From: Nitrospirota bacterium
GTDB lineage: Bacteria; Nitrospirota; UBA9217
Reading direction: 5' to 3'
Assembly (NCBI GenBank): GCA_963751455.1
Contig: CAVVUN010000006.1
Span: forward strand, 160,001 to 224,000
DNA length: 64,000 nt
In this document: piece by piece, positions 1-8,522 of the stretch
How positions within the stretch are numbered: the first letter of the stretch is position 1
Layout of the letters: every line of letters begins with the position of its first letter
Program-made: the position numbers and the translations under genes
The notes under the pieces: generated by a model
Told to the model about the DNA's origin: nothing
Database searches by the model: none
What the model saw: only the letters and a program-made list of their open reading frames with translations

Positions 1-568
1 CGCCCGCATAGTTGTACAGTTCCATGTTGGCGTCGATGACCTTCGCAACGCGGTCATGGACCCGGCTCAGGTCATAAAGCCCCCAGCTTTCGCCGTTGCC
101 CGCATTGAAAGTGATTTGATAGAAATCCTCCTCGCTTCCCGTCAGCATGCTCTTGCCGACCATGAGCCTCGGCGGGTTTCCCGCGAAGCGGGAGTTGCTC
201 AGAATATCGAACACCACCTGCGGATCGTTTTCGCGGGACAGCAGGAGAAAATATTCGCTTTCCATCATCCAACGCTCCGGGGTGAGGCGTAGCGTTCCGC
301 GAAAAAAGGCGCGAGCGCCGTTCAACATCATGAACATTAGGCTTCTCTCAAGCGCGTAACTCAATTCCAACTCGGTTTTCGGGACGTCCGGTGAATAGTT
401 ATATCCGCTCTTTTCAAGGCGCTTGCGGATAGCAGGCCAAAATTCGTTCAAGAGCAACTCGTCAAGATGCTTTCGTTCATCCGGATTTTGCAGAATAACA
501 ATGCCTTTGCCGTCATCGTCGGCCTTTTCCGCTTCCGCGAGCACCCAGCTTCTTTTACTCTTTCTCAT
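1..568 (-). CDS. hypothetical protein, runs off the left edge of the window (MRKSKRSWVLAEAEKADDDGKG...)
   Basis: Hand translation from ATG at 568 stays open for ~189 codons to position 1. It starts 5 nt after the PemK stop and is missing from the ORF track because it has no stop codon in the window. Confidence 0.7.
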   Translation of the reverse strand, partial: MRKSKRSWVLAEAEKADDDGKGIVILQNPDERKHLDELLLNEFWPAIRKRLEKSGYNYSPDVPKTELELSYALERSLMFMMLNGARAFFRGTLRLTPERWMMESEYFLLLSRENDPQVVFDILSNSRFAGNPPRLMVGKSMLTGSEEDFYQITFNAGNGESWGLYDLSRVHDRVAKVIDANMELYNYAG

Positions 569-573
569 GCGGG

Positions 574-933
574 TCATTTCGCCGCCCCCCTGTCCTGCAC
601 CCATTCGGATATCTTTTGCTTTATCCGCGTCAATCGCTGCTCCTCGACTTGCCCCAATTTCCCTAGAAGGATTTCCTCGTTCACGACCGCGAGTCTGCTG
701 ATTCTCAAGATGCTCGGCATTTTCAGGCCCGATGACTCGAAATCCGCGTCATCACGAGTAATGGGCTCGTCAAAACCTGCAATTCCCTGTTCAAGCTGGG
801 AAGATACCATGCATATAAGCCAGTCGTCGTATTGACCGGGAAGCCTTCTCAGTACAAGGGCAGGGCGTAATTTCCCCACTGCCTGATCGGTCTGAGGAAA
901 ACGAAAAAGAACTATCTGGCCCTCGACAATCAT
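574..933 (-). CDS. type II toxin, PemK/MazF family endoribonuclease
   Basis: Motifs GQIVLFRFP..D...K.RPALVL, LICMVSS and SGLKMPS.LR. ATGA overlap with the upstream antitoxin. Confidence 0.9.
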   Translation of the reverse strand: MIVEGQIVLFRFPQTDQAVGKLRPALVLRRLPGQYDDWLICMVSSQLEQGIAGFDEPITRDDADFESSGLKMPSILRISRLAVVNEEILLGKLGQVEEQRLTRIKQKISEWVQDRGAAK

Positions 934-1133
934 GAAAAGGACTCCTTTAGATCAGAAAGAGAGTACGGCGCTGGTTCCTCTGCAATACCGCGCATTGCGA
1001 ATGACAGCGATAAGGTTGACCACTCCTGCTCTTCCGTCTTCGACCTCAGATATTCTACGAAATCCAGAACCGCGGCTTTTTTCGTTTCCGGCAATTCATG
1101 AACAGAACGTATGATTCTCTCTTCCAGTGTCAT
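930..1133 (-). CDS. DUF2281-like antitoxin
   Basis: Motif LPE.KK..VLDFVEYL; GAGGAGG RBS before ATG 1133; coupled to the toxin. Confidence 0.8.
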   Translation of the reverse strand: MTLEERIIRSVHELPETKKAAVLDFVEYLRSKTEEQEWSTLSLSFAMRGIAEEPAPYSLSDLKESFS

Positions 1134-1279
1134 ATCGCAATTCCTCCTCATCTGCCACCTAATTCCATCGTCCGTCGTTCCGCTTTCTCTATTTCTCGAA
1201 TCGGATACCCGGTTATCGTCCGTATGCTTCCCGAATGATCAATAAACGCTAAATGATCGCTTTGATTTGACCATGAAGC

Positions 1280-1740
1280 TTACCTCATCTGCCCCGTACT
1301 CCTCTTTCTTTTCCTCGAGCCCTTTCCATCTATTTTTTCCCTGAATAAGCCGTAATGTCGCTTGATCCGCGCGATATAGTTAGGATCGCGCAGGAACAGC
1401 TCACGCGCCAATTCGAGAATGGCCGGCGCCTTAGCCGTGTGCGGACTGCCCATGTTCAGAATAGGCCCTTTTAGTTCCGCTACGGTATGCGGATCGGCAT
1501 TGCTGAGCCATTTGGCTCCTCCCAACCCCAGGCAATTACCGTTTCCACATCTTTTCGGACGGAGGATACGACATACCAGAATACCCTCCGGCAATCGCAT
1601 CCTTGCTCGTTGCAGAACATTTCATGATAATAATAATTGCCCGGCGGCAATCCGGCATCCGCATGATCCATCACGGTTATGCAGAGCGTTTCCCGTTCGG
1701 CAAGGTCCGGGAACAGGTCGTGAAACATCTGAAAAGGCAT
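1280..1740 (-). pseudogene. conserved Cys-motif hypothetical protein (FCNEQGCDCRRV...GWE...KGPILN...RIKRHY), frameshifted at ~1510
   Basis: N-half lies in the 1480..1902 frame and C-half in the 1280..1600 frame. They join at GWEEP/AKWL, with a few residues apparently missing. Confidence 0.65.
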
Positions 1741-1784
1741 GGGGCTAAATTTCCTTTCGATGCATTTTCCTCGCGAGCTTACAG

Positions 1785-2198
1785 TCACAAATACACGGCG
1801 CCGATCTCGAAGGCTTGCTCGGGAGTGCCGAACCATTCGCCGTTCGGAAAACAGCACGGTTCGTAGCGCATGTTGCTGTAGGTGAAAAACGCGACGCTCC
1901 ACCGATCAATGCTGAAATGCCGCAGCCGGACAAGGTGCGTCGGCGTGTTTAGCAGCCGTTCAATGAACTCCTTGCGGGTCTCGCCGAAGCTTGCAGGGAG
2001 ACGCCTCGGGACGTTCTCCGGCTCCTTGTACGCGTCGATATAGCACATTGCGCCTCTAAATCTGACGTCGATGCGAATGAACTTGCCCGCATAATGCTTA
2101 TGTGCATGGGTGACGATGCGTGTCCGCACCGCGTTCTGTGTGGCGGGCGAGACCTTGACCCCGCCTGCATGGGGAACCTGCATCCACATTTTTCTCAT
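1785..2198 (-). CDS. hypothetical protein
   Basis: 137-aa ORF with GAGGG RBS and globular composition (PTHLVRLRHF..DRWS.AFFTYS...YEP). Confidence 0.7.
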   Translation of the reverse strand: MRKMWMQVPHAGGVKVSPATQNAVRTRIVTHAHKHYAGKFIRIDVRFRGAMCYIDAYKEPENVPRRLPASFGETRKEFIERLLNTPTHLVRLRHFSIDRWSVAFFTYSNMRYEPCCFPNGEWFGTPEQAFEIGAVYL

Positions 2199-2325
2199 CG
2201 AATTCCCTCAGTTTTTTCAGGACGATTTATTACCCTTGATCTCAATAGTGTAATATCGCCATCCTTATTACACTATTGCCTTATGCTTCATTCCGAAATT
2301 TATCGGCAAAAAGAATTCCAGCAAC

Positions 2326-2832
2326 TCACAATCTCAAATCCGTGGGATAATGGACCGCAATCTCCGTTACCCCATGAAATGCCTTATCACTCGACACGAG
2401 CACATCGGCCTTGAGCCTCAGCGCCACCGCCAGCACTACCGCGTCATTCGTGAGAAAAACGTACTTCTCCTGCATCTTGAACGCGGTCTTCGTGAGGTCT
2501 TCCAACGTGCAGGCCGCGAACCCAAGCCCAAGGTCCACAAGCGCGTTCATTTTGGCCCGGTAGAGACTCAGGCCTTTGATGACCTCTGGTTTTGAGTCCA
2601 GACGCAGAGCTGGTTTTCCCTCCGCAATGAGTCCTTTCATCATTGCCTCTGCGAGCATGAGCTTGTGCGTCAACTCCTGCCAGACCGTCTGCGGCAGAAT
2701 ACCGGAAAGCTCGCCTTGGGCGCAGCGCCGGATAAATCTCTGGGCCTGGACTGAAGAGCCTTGCTCCGCATAGAGCAGCACATTCGTATCGATCACGCAA
2801 AGGCTGCCGCTCGGGATGTCGTCAAGATTCAT
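2326..2832 (-). CDS. VapC-type PIN-domain toxin
   Basis: PIN acidic motifs VIDTNVLLY, TVWQEL, LTNDAVVLA and SSDKAF; ATGA overlap with the antitoxin. Confidence 0.9.
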   Translation of the reverse strand: MNLDDIPSGSLCVIDTNVLLYAEQGSSVQAQRFIRRCAQGELSGILPQTVWQELTHKLMLAEAMMKGLIAEGKPALRLDSKPEVIKGLSLYRAKMNALVDLGLGFAACTLEDLTKTAFKMQEKYVFLTNDAVVLAVALRLKADVLVSSDKAFHGVTEIAVHYPTDLRL

Positions 2833-3071
2833 AGATCCCACGCATCCTCCTCCAGAACCGCCTTGAACTGCGCAGAGGTCAGCTTCATCGGGCGATCGCA
2901 AAAGAGTTGATACGCCGCGTCACGCTTTGCAGGCTCGACAGCTCGTGTTGACAAGTAGTTTTCAATGGCGTCCTGGATCAGATCGCTTAAGGGACGGCCT
3001 TCATCAACCGCCCTGCGCTTGGCTTTGCGCAAAACATCTTCCTCAAGTAGCGTCCCGACTTTTCGTTTCAT
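2829..3071 (-). CDS. ribbon-helix-helix antitoxin (VapB-like)
   Basis: RHH pattern KVGTLLEEDVLRKAKRRA..EGR.LSDLIQDAI; directly upstream of the PIN toxin. Confidence 0.85.
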   Translation of the reverse strand: MKRKVGTLLEEDVLRKAKRRAVDEGRPLSDLIQDAIENYLSTRAVEPAKRDAAYQLFCDRPMKLTSAQFKAVLEEDAWDL

Positions 3072-3301
3072 GATTTGCCTCCACTCACAGTTGCTTGGGC
3101 AAGAACGGTCCCCGGACCAGCCCCCTCTTTGAATCTTCGACTGAGTCCTTTGAGAACCTTATGAAGGTCCTCGGAAAGATACGTCAGCTCGAAGAAACGT
3201 TGAGCGCTGCGCTCAAGACTGTCAGCAGGTCCTGAACGAAGACGTTCAAGGTCGATGACACCAGCAAGAGATTCGGTTGATTGGTAGCGGCGCTCTATCA
3301 T
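3068..3301 (-). pseudogene. N-terminal fragment of a DUF499-like AAA+ ATPase, truncated inside the Walker A motif
   Basis: GVIDLE...FFELTY.SEDL..L..L.RRF....G..LAQ...GGKS*, resembling the DUF499 N-terminus from memory; stops at GGKS. Confidence 0.65.
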
Positions 3302-3307
3302 GCAGGA

Positions 3308-3339
3308 AGAATAACACAGAATTCTTGACGTGTCAAGAA
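3308..3339 (-). promoter_or_regulatory. sigma70-type promoter TTGACA-N17-TATTCT with an overlapping 8-2-8 operator TTCTTGAC-GT-GTCAAGAA
   Basis: -35 at 3336-3331 and -10 at 3313-3308. The predicted +1 coincides with the ATG at 3301 (leaderless). Palindrome at 3322-3339. Confidence 0.65.
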
Positions 3340-3516
3340 ATTAATACAAAAGACGCTTTTATAGCCATAGTGCAAAACTAAAAAAAGGCTTGGATTTGTA
3401 TCCCATAGCCTTGCTTTCTTACAGCTTGAATAATGTTTTCGAACGGAATAACTTATCAATACCTTGGAATAGTGATCCTGGAAGTGCTTTCCCGCATGTA
3501 AAACAGTACCTATTAC

Positions 3517-3690
3517 CCTAAAAAAAGCATTTGGGACGCAGAAAAATCGGATAAACGCAGATAAGGTCGGATAAAAAAACGTTCTTGTATCGTAAAAGCA
3601 GTCACCCTGCGGGTGAATTTTTTCTCTAAAAATTCTTTTGTTTGATCTGCGGTTATCTGCGTTCATCTGCGCCCAACTGCCGTTTTCAGG
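3517..3690. mobile_element. 174-bp MITE-like element, ends CCT(A/G)AAAA, 5-bp target duplication ATTAC, internal CGCAGAT-repeat hairpin
   Basis: ATTAC at 3512-3516 and 3691-3695; imperfect terminal inverted repeats of ~30-45 bp. Confidence 0.6.
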
Positions 3691-3789
3691 ATTACAGAAT
3701 GAAGCTTTGCAATATAACCCGGTCTGCCGGCGATCGTGAGTTTCAGGAAGAAGTCAAGGTACGACTTCTACAGCTTCAATTATGGGAAT

Positions 3790-3911
3790 GCGTTCAGGCG
3801 CTTTTGGAATCGAGCAGGATAGTCGACCGGAATAATGGCAACAGGCCTAAGGTTATCGGGCAGACCAAGAATTTCGCTCATCATTTCCTCTTTGAAGGTA
3901 CAAGCCGCCAT
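3790..3911 (-). pseudogene. nitroreductase C-terminal remnant
   Basis: Translates to ...FKEEMMSEILGLPDNLRPVAIIPVDYPA, matching the nitroreductase C-terminal LGLP....PVAII.VGYP pattern; no N-terminus present. Confidence 0.5.
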
Positions 3912-4382
3912 GATTTCCAGGAATAAGCCTCCCAGTCTGATCGAACTCTCCATGCATCAACGCTTCTTCATCATACCCGGTCAGGTCAAGTCTCGGACTG
4001 ACTCTTGTGCGAAACATGTAGCCGTGCTCTGCGGTGTTGGAAGTCAGCATGGCAAATCGAATCTAAGTACCCGGTGGTTCCTCAGGATCCCGCTTTAGGC
4101 AATCTCGATCTCTAAGCGTCCGTGAGTGCGATCAGGGGATTTTGCACCTGGTCCCATCGTTCCCGGAAAAACATTCCCGACAAGGCAGGCCGTATATTCA
4201 GGAAGGCCATGGCAATGGAGGCCATGCTGTAATACTGGGTTTCCCTGAGTTCCGACTTGTACCGAGGACACTGTGAAGCGTCGATTGGATCGGATGAGTA
4301 AACTATCGCATTGTAAGTTCGGTAAAATGGAGTTGACAGGGGGACTATAGGACGTCCCCCAAGGTCCTTCCCCGGCAGCCCT

Positions 4383-5105
4383 TTAAATCTCGGGCTCCCA
4401 GCTGAGGTCGCCCGCCATTTCCCACTGAACAAAATTTCTGATCACCTGTCTCGCGTCTTCAGGCATATCATTAAAACGGAGGCCCATGCCCGGTTCGAAT
4501 TCAATCCTGCCTTCGAGGCGGGCGGTCCTGACCACAACTGCTTCCAGTTTTATCGTTGTTACGTCATGGGGCAAACTGTACCTGATATGCAGGATTGTGC
4601 CTTCGGGGAGCGGAATCGGGGTCCGAAGATACATTCCTCCCTCAGAAAGATTTATGCAGGTAAGTTCATCTTCAGGAGCGCCTTCCTCGATCGTTACCCT
4701 GAACTTGACGGAAATTCTTGGATCGTTTCTCGGTTCCTTGCAAAGACGGCCGAGAACACGGAAAGCGAGCGCAACGTCAACCGGTTTTGCAATGATCGCA
4801 GCGCACCCCGAGGAGATTAATCTTTCTTTTTTTTCCGTATTTTCCTCGGCAGTGAAAAGTACGAGGGGGAAATCCTTCACTGCCGGATCACGTCTGAGCA
4901 GAGAAATCGATTTCTGAAGAGCCTGCCCGGGCAGGTCGCCGTCAAGGATTATCAGCTCGAACCTGTTTTCCCCGGCAAGAACGACAGCCTCTTCCGCCGT
5001 TTTTGCCAGTATCGGTTTGTACCAAAGCCGCTTCATCAGAATACTTAGATCCATCTGGCCGTAAGCGGTGTGACAGACTATCAAAACAGTTTTTCCCGTA
5101 AACAT
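4383..5105 (-). CDS. atypical receiver domain + PilZ c-di-GMP-binding protein
   Basis: REC fold (IILDGDLP, AKP) lacking the N-terminal acidic pair; PilZ motifs RNDPR (RxxxR) and NLSEGG (D/NxSxxG); GMGLRF. Confidence 0.85.
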   Translation of the reverse strand: MFTGKTVLIVCHTAYGQMDLSILMKRLWYKPILAKTAEEAVVLAGENRFELIILDGDLPGQALQKSISLLRRDPAVKDFPLVLFTAEENTEKKERLISSGCAAIIAKPVDVALAFRVLGRLCKEPRNDPRISVKFRVTIEEGAPEDELTCINLSEGGMYLRTPIPLPEGTILHIRYSLPHDVTTIKLEAVVVRTARLEGRIEFEPGMGLRFNDMPEDARQVIRNFVQWEMAGDLSWEPEI

Positions 5106-5130
5106 TCAGGCTTCTGTCCTTTCCTGTTTT

Positions 5131-8100
5131 CTATGCCTCATAGCCAAGCTGCCGTATAAAGAGCGCTGCTATACTCGGGTCAAAATCCACTTCGCTCTTA
5201 TCTCTTAAATACTGCATTACGTTCTCTTTACTCCATGCGGGACGGTATGGCCGGTCGGAGCTTAATGCGTCCCAGACATCTACAACCGAAAAGATACGCG
5301 CTGCAAGCGGTATTTTTTCTCCTTTAAGTCCTTCAGGATACCCGGTCCCGTCCCATTTTTCATGATGACGTAAGGGTATATCGAGCGCAGGCCGTAAAAA
5401 AGCGATCGGCGAGAGAAGATCGTGCGCAAAAACAGGGTGCTTTCGCATTATGATCCATTCCTCTTCCGAGAGCTTCCCCGGCTTCAGAAGAATATGGTCG
5501 GGAATTCCCATTTTCCCGATGTCATGCAGGAGCGATCCTCTCCGGATGTGGACAAGCATATCCTCTCTTGTACCCATCTCACGGGCGATCTTTACGGTCA
5601 TGTCCGTGACCCTCCGGGAATGCCCTTCCGTTTCCTTGTCGCGCAGATCGAGCGCCCGGGACCAACCTTCGATGGTTGCATCGTATGCAAGGGCGAGTTC
5701 GTCATTGGCATGCTGTAAATCGCCGAAGAGCGAAGCCATATCTATCGCAATCGCCGCCTGCTGTGCCAATGCTTCGAAAAATTCGAGCCACGGCTTATCA
5801 GGCGTCAGGGGTCTCCGGTTTAAGACTTCGAGAACACCCTTCACCTGCCCTTTGATGACGAGCGGTGCAACATGATGGGAAACAAACCTTTCTCCCGTGA
5901 GCTGGCTCACATGGGCGCACATGGTGTGACCGGGAACGGCCTCTGGTACGCTGACCACGGTCCGTTCAAGCGCTGCGCGTCCAGCGCATCCCTCGCCCAG
6001 TTTTATTCTTGACTGTTCGATGTCCCGGGTCCGGAACCCGTGACCTGCGGCGTACGTCAGAGTGCGTGAATGAGGATTGAGCAGAAGTACAGCTGCCGCG
6101 TCGGCCTGAAGTTCCTTTGAAACGTGGGCAAGCAGCACGTTCAGCGTTACTCGCATATCCAGGCTGGAGCTGATCGCAATATCGATCTCATGCAGGGCCT
6201 GCAGGTGGTGCATCTGCTGCAAAGCCTGCTCGTGAAGGGTCAAACGGCGTACTGCAATGGCCGCAATTTCTCCGATCGCCGTTAGCAGCCTCACCCCCTC
6301 TTGCTTGATCGTCTTCCTGCATCCGATCATGATCGCGCCTATCGTCCTTTCTTCAGCAATCAGCGGAACGCATGCAACGGAGTTCAGTTTGTTGATCGCT
6401 TCCGGCCGGACTATCCGGGAGTCGTTCAAAAAATCGTCGCTCGAATAGGCTTTGCCGCCGGTGATAACGTGTCCCAGTACGCCTTCACCCGGCGGCAACC
6501 GGCGTCCCGTCCATTCGCTCAACTCGCCCCAACCCAACTCGACGAGGGTTTCTCCGGTAGCCGGTTCGAGAATGCCTATTGCGGCAGCCTCAATATCCAG
6601 AGACTCTACCGTATGAACCAGGATCAAGGGAAACTGATCCGCACGCGTGGAAGCCGACCGCAAGGCAATGCTTAACCGCGAAATCGATTCCAGTTCGCGC
6701 TCGCGCTGTTTCCGGTTCGTGATGTTATCGAATACCGCGATAAAACGCTGCTTTTCAGTGCTGTACGCGGAGACGGACAACCATGTTTCGAGGGGATCCA
6801 GGTATATTTCAAACTTTTCCCCCTTGCCGGTCAACGACACCCTGCCGTAAATTTCAAACAATTGCGGATAGGCCTCGCGTATACCCGGTATCACTTCGGT
6901 CACTTTTTTCCCGATCACGTTCGTCAGCCCGGTCAATCCTTCGAAGGCGGCGTTGACCTCGATATAGACGAAGTCCTTCGGCCGGCCGTCTTCAAAAAGC
7001 ATCTGACAATAAGCAAATCCCTCGAGCATGTTATCGAAGAGCGAGTGATAGCGATTTTCGCTCGCGCGCAATGTTTTTTCGCTCTGAATTCGGGTGGCAA
7101 TTTCGGACTCGAGTTCTTCCTTCGCGACAACAGCCTGCTCGGTGAATCGCTTGGTTTCACTCGTCCGCTTCATGATCGAAAGAATGTAGGCCGTCAATAG
7201 ACCTGTGATAACAAGCCCGCCTCCCAGCACGTCCCACGAATGACCGTACCGTCGACCGGCCAGGTACCCGGGTGCGGGAGTGGCAAGAAAAGTCCATTTT
7301 CTGCCTGCTATTTCGATTGTTTTGTCGTAATGCACCCCTTTCCGAAGGAAAGCTCTTTCATCGCCCGCATTGTCTGAAAGGGGAGTTCGAATCGACGGAG
7401 GATATGCATACAACAGGCGACTGTCTTGCTGCGAGGTCTCATCGTAGAGACGGATTGCGATATTTTGCCGGTCGAGATAAGACAAATATTTCTCTATCAG
7501 GCCGTTAATCGAGAAAACGCCCGCCACGTAGCCGCTCAAACGTTCACGACGGGCTTCCAGCGAATCAGGAACGGCTCCTTCCCCGTAGAGTGGGTGAAAA
7601 ACAGTAAACAAGAAACCCGCGTCAACCTTCTGAACCAGTGTCGATCCGGAAATGACAACCATCGTCCCGTTATCGCTGGATTTTTGCAGCGCATCTCGAC
7701 GAGTCGGATCAGAGGCGATATCGAAACCGAACGCTGCCTTGTTATCTGAATAGGGCTCGACGAAATAAGCGGGAAAGTATTCGCGGCGCTTTCCTGCCCG
7801 CGTCATGCCCCCCTGTGCCTTGAGTTCCGTGAGCTCAAACCCGGGCAGCCCCTCCTGCCTTGCTGCCGACTCATATCCGGCTCTCCGGGAATACGGCACG
7901 CGGGGAACCCACGCTAAAGCCTGTACCGCGGGATTATGCCGCATAAATGGCTGAACAAAGGCGTGAAACTCCTTCCGGGTGATCATGTCGGCATGGACAT
8001 AAAAAGCAGCGAGGGCTTCCATCTGTTGGAGGCTTTCCTCGATGCCTATCCGCAATGCTTCAATCAGTTCATCCGACTTGCTGTTGAATTCCAACTGGAG

Positions 8101-8271
8101 GCGGTCTCGGCGGTCATTACGGGAGAGAATAAACAGCGCAACGGATATCGCCACTCCCAAACAAACAACCAGCACTAACAGGACGTATTGATGTCTAAAG
8201 AGTTTATTGAATATGCCGGGAGTTTTGCCGGTCAAGCCGGTTTTACTATTTTGGCTCTTTCTGAAGTCCAT
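5131..8271 (-). CDS. membrane CHASE-PAS-GAF-GAF-HD-GYP cyclic-dinucleotide phosphodiesterase
   Basis: TM-CHASE (ALAWVPRV, YFVEP..N..AFGFD)-TM, PAS, two GAF domains, LLHDIGK and HHEKWDGTGYP; TAAGGAG RBS before ATG 8271. Confidence 0.9.
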   Translation of the reverse strand: MDFRKSQNSKTGLTGKTPGIFNKLFRHQYVLLVLVVCLGVAISVALFILSRNDRRDRLQLEFNSKSDELIEALRIGIEESLQQMEALAAFYVHADMITRKEFHAFVQPFMRHNPAVQALAWVPRVPYSRRAGYESAARQEGLPGFELTELKAQGGMTRAGKRREYFPAYFVEPYSDNKAAFGFDIASDPTRRDALQKSSDNGTMVVISGSTLVQKVDAGFLFTVFHPLYGEGAVPDSLEARRERLSGYVAGVFSINGLIEKYLSYLDRQNIAIRLYDETSQQDSRLLYAYPPSIRTPLSDNAGDERAFLRKGVHYDKTIEIAGRKWTFLATPAPGYLAGRRYGHSWDVLGGGLVITGLLTAYILSIMKRTSETKRFTEQAVVAKEELESEIATRIQSEKTLRASENRYHSLFDNMLEGFAYCQMLFEDGRPKDFVYIEVNAAFEGLTGLTNVIGKKVTEVIPGIREAYPQLFEIYGRVSLTGKGEKFEIYLDPLETWLSVSAYSTEKQRFIAVFDNITNRKQRERELESISRLSIALRSASTRADQFPLILVHTVESLDIEAAAIGILEPATGETLVELGWGELSEWTGRRLPPGEGVLGHVITGGKAYSSDDFLNDSRIVRPEAINKLNSVACVPLIAEERTIGAIMIGCRKTIKQEGVRLLTAIGEIAAIAVRRLTLHEQALQQMHHLQALHEIDIAISSSLDMRVTLNVLLAHVSKELQADAAAVLLLNPHSRTLTYAAGHGFRTRDIEQSRIKLGEGCAGRAALERTVVSVPEAVPGHTMCAHVSQLTGERFVSHHVAPLVIKGQVKGVLEVLNRRPLTPDKPWLEFFEALAQQAAIAIDMASLFGDLQHANDELALAYDATIEGWSRALDLRDKETEGHSRRVTDMTVKIAREMGTREDMLVHIRRGSLLHDIGKMGIPDHILLKPGKLSEEEWIIMRKHPVFAHDLLSPIAFLRPALDIPLRHHEKWDGTGYPEGLKGEKIPLAARIFSVVDVWDALSSDRPYRPAWSKENVMQYLRDKSEVDFDPSIAALFIRQLGYEA

Positions 8272-8389
8272 ATTTCTTCTCCTTAATGTCATCCGTGGAA
8301 CGGCGGAACCGAAAGTGAAAGCGGCCAATTGTAGGGTCCCGGCTGAGCATTCTCGGATAGAACAAAATGCTGAATAATCGCTATTTTCT

Positions 8390-8435
8390 ATTTTAATGAT
8401 TTTCTGCAACTTTGTTTACTACCCGTTCGGGCAGG
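8390..8435 (-). promoter_or_regulatory. lux-box-like operator ACTACCCGTTCGGGCAGG (8418-8435) plus -10 TAAAAT (8395-8390)
   Basis: 16/18 identical to the box at 16383-16400; CT-N12-AG core; same 22-nt spacing to the -10. Confidence 0.7.
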
Positions 8436-8522
8436 CAGTTTTTTTGGTAATTACAAGGAATTTTGGTGAGAATGGGAATACGCGGATGGGGGTACTTTCG
8501 AAAGTATAAGCGCTGCCGGATC

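Noticed and set aside
3298-3666. 122-aa ORF MNADNRR...
   Set aside because: It starts inside the palindromic element and runs through AT-rich promoter DNA, with no protein features.
8272-8389. c-di-GMP riboswitch in the HD-GYP leader
   Set aside because: I could not find the GEMM-I or class II consensus on the minus strand; an Rfam scan would settle it.
8272-8409. 46-aa N-terminal extension of the HD-GYP ORF (TTG start at 8409)
   Set aside because: It overlaps the predicted promoter, and ATG 8271 has a strong TAAGGAG RBS.
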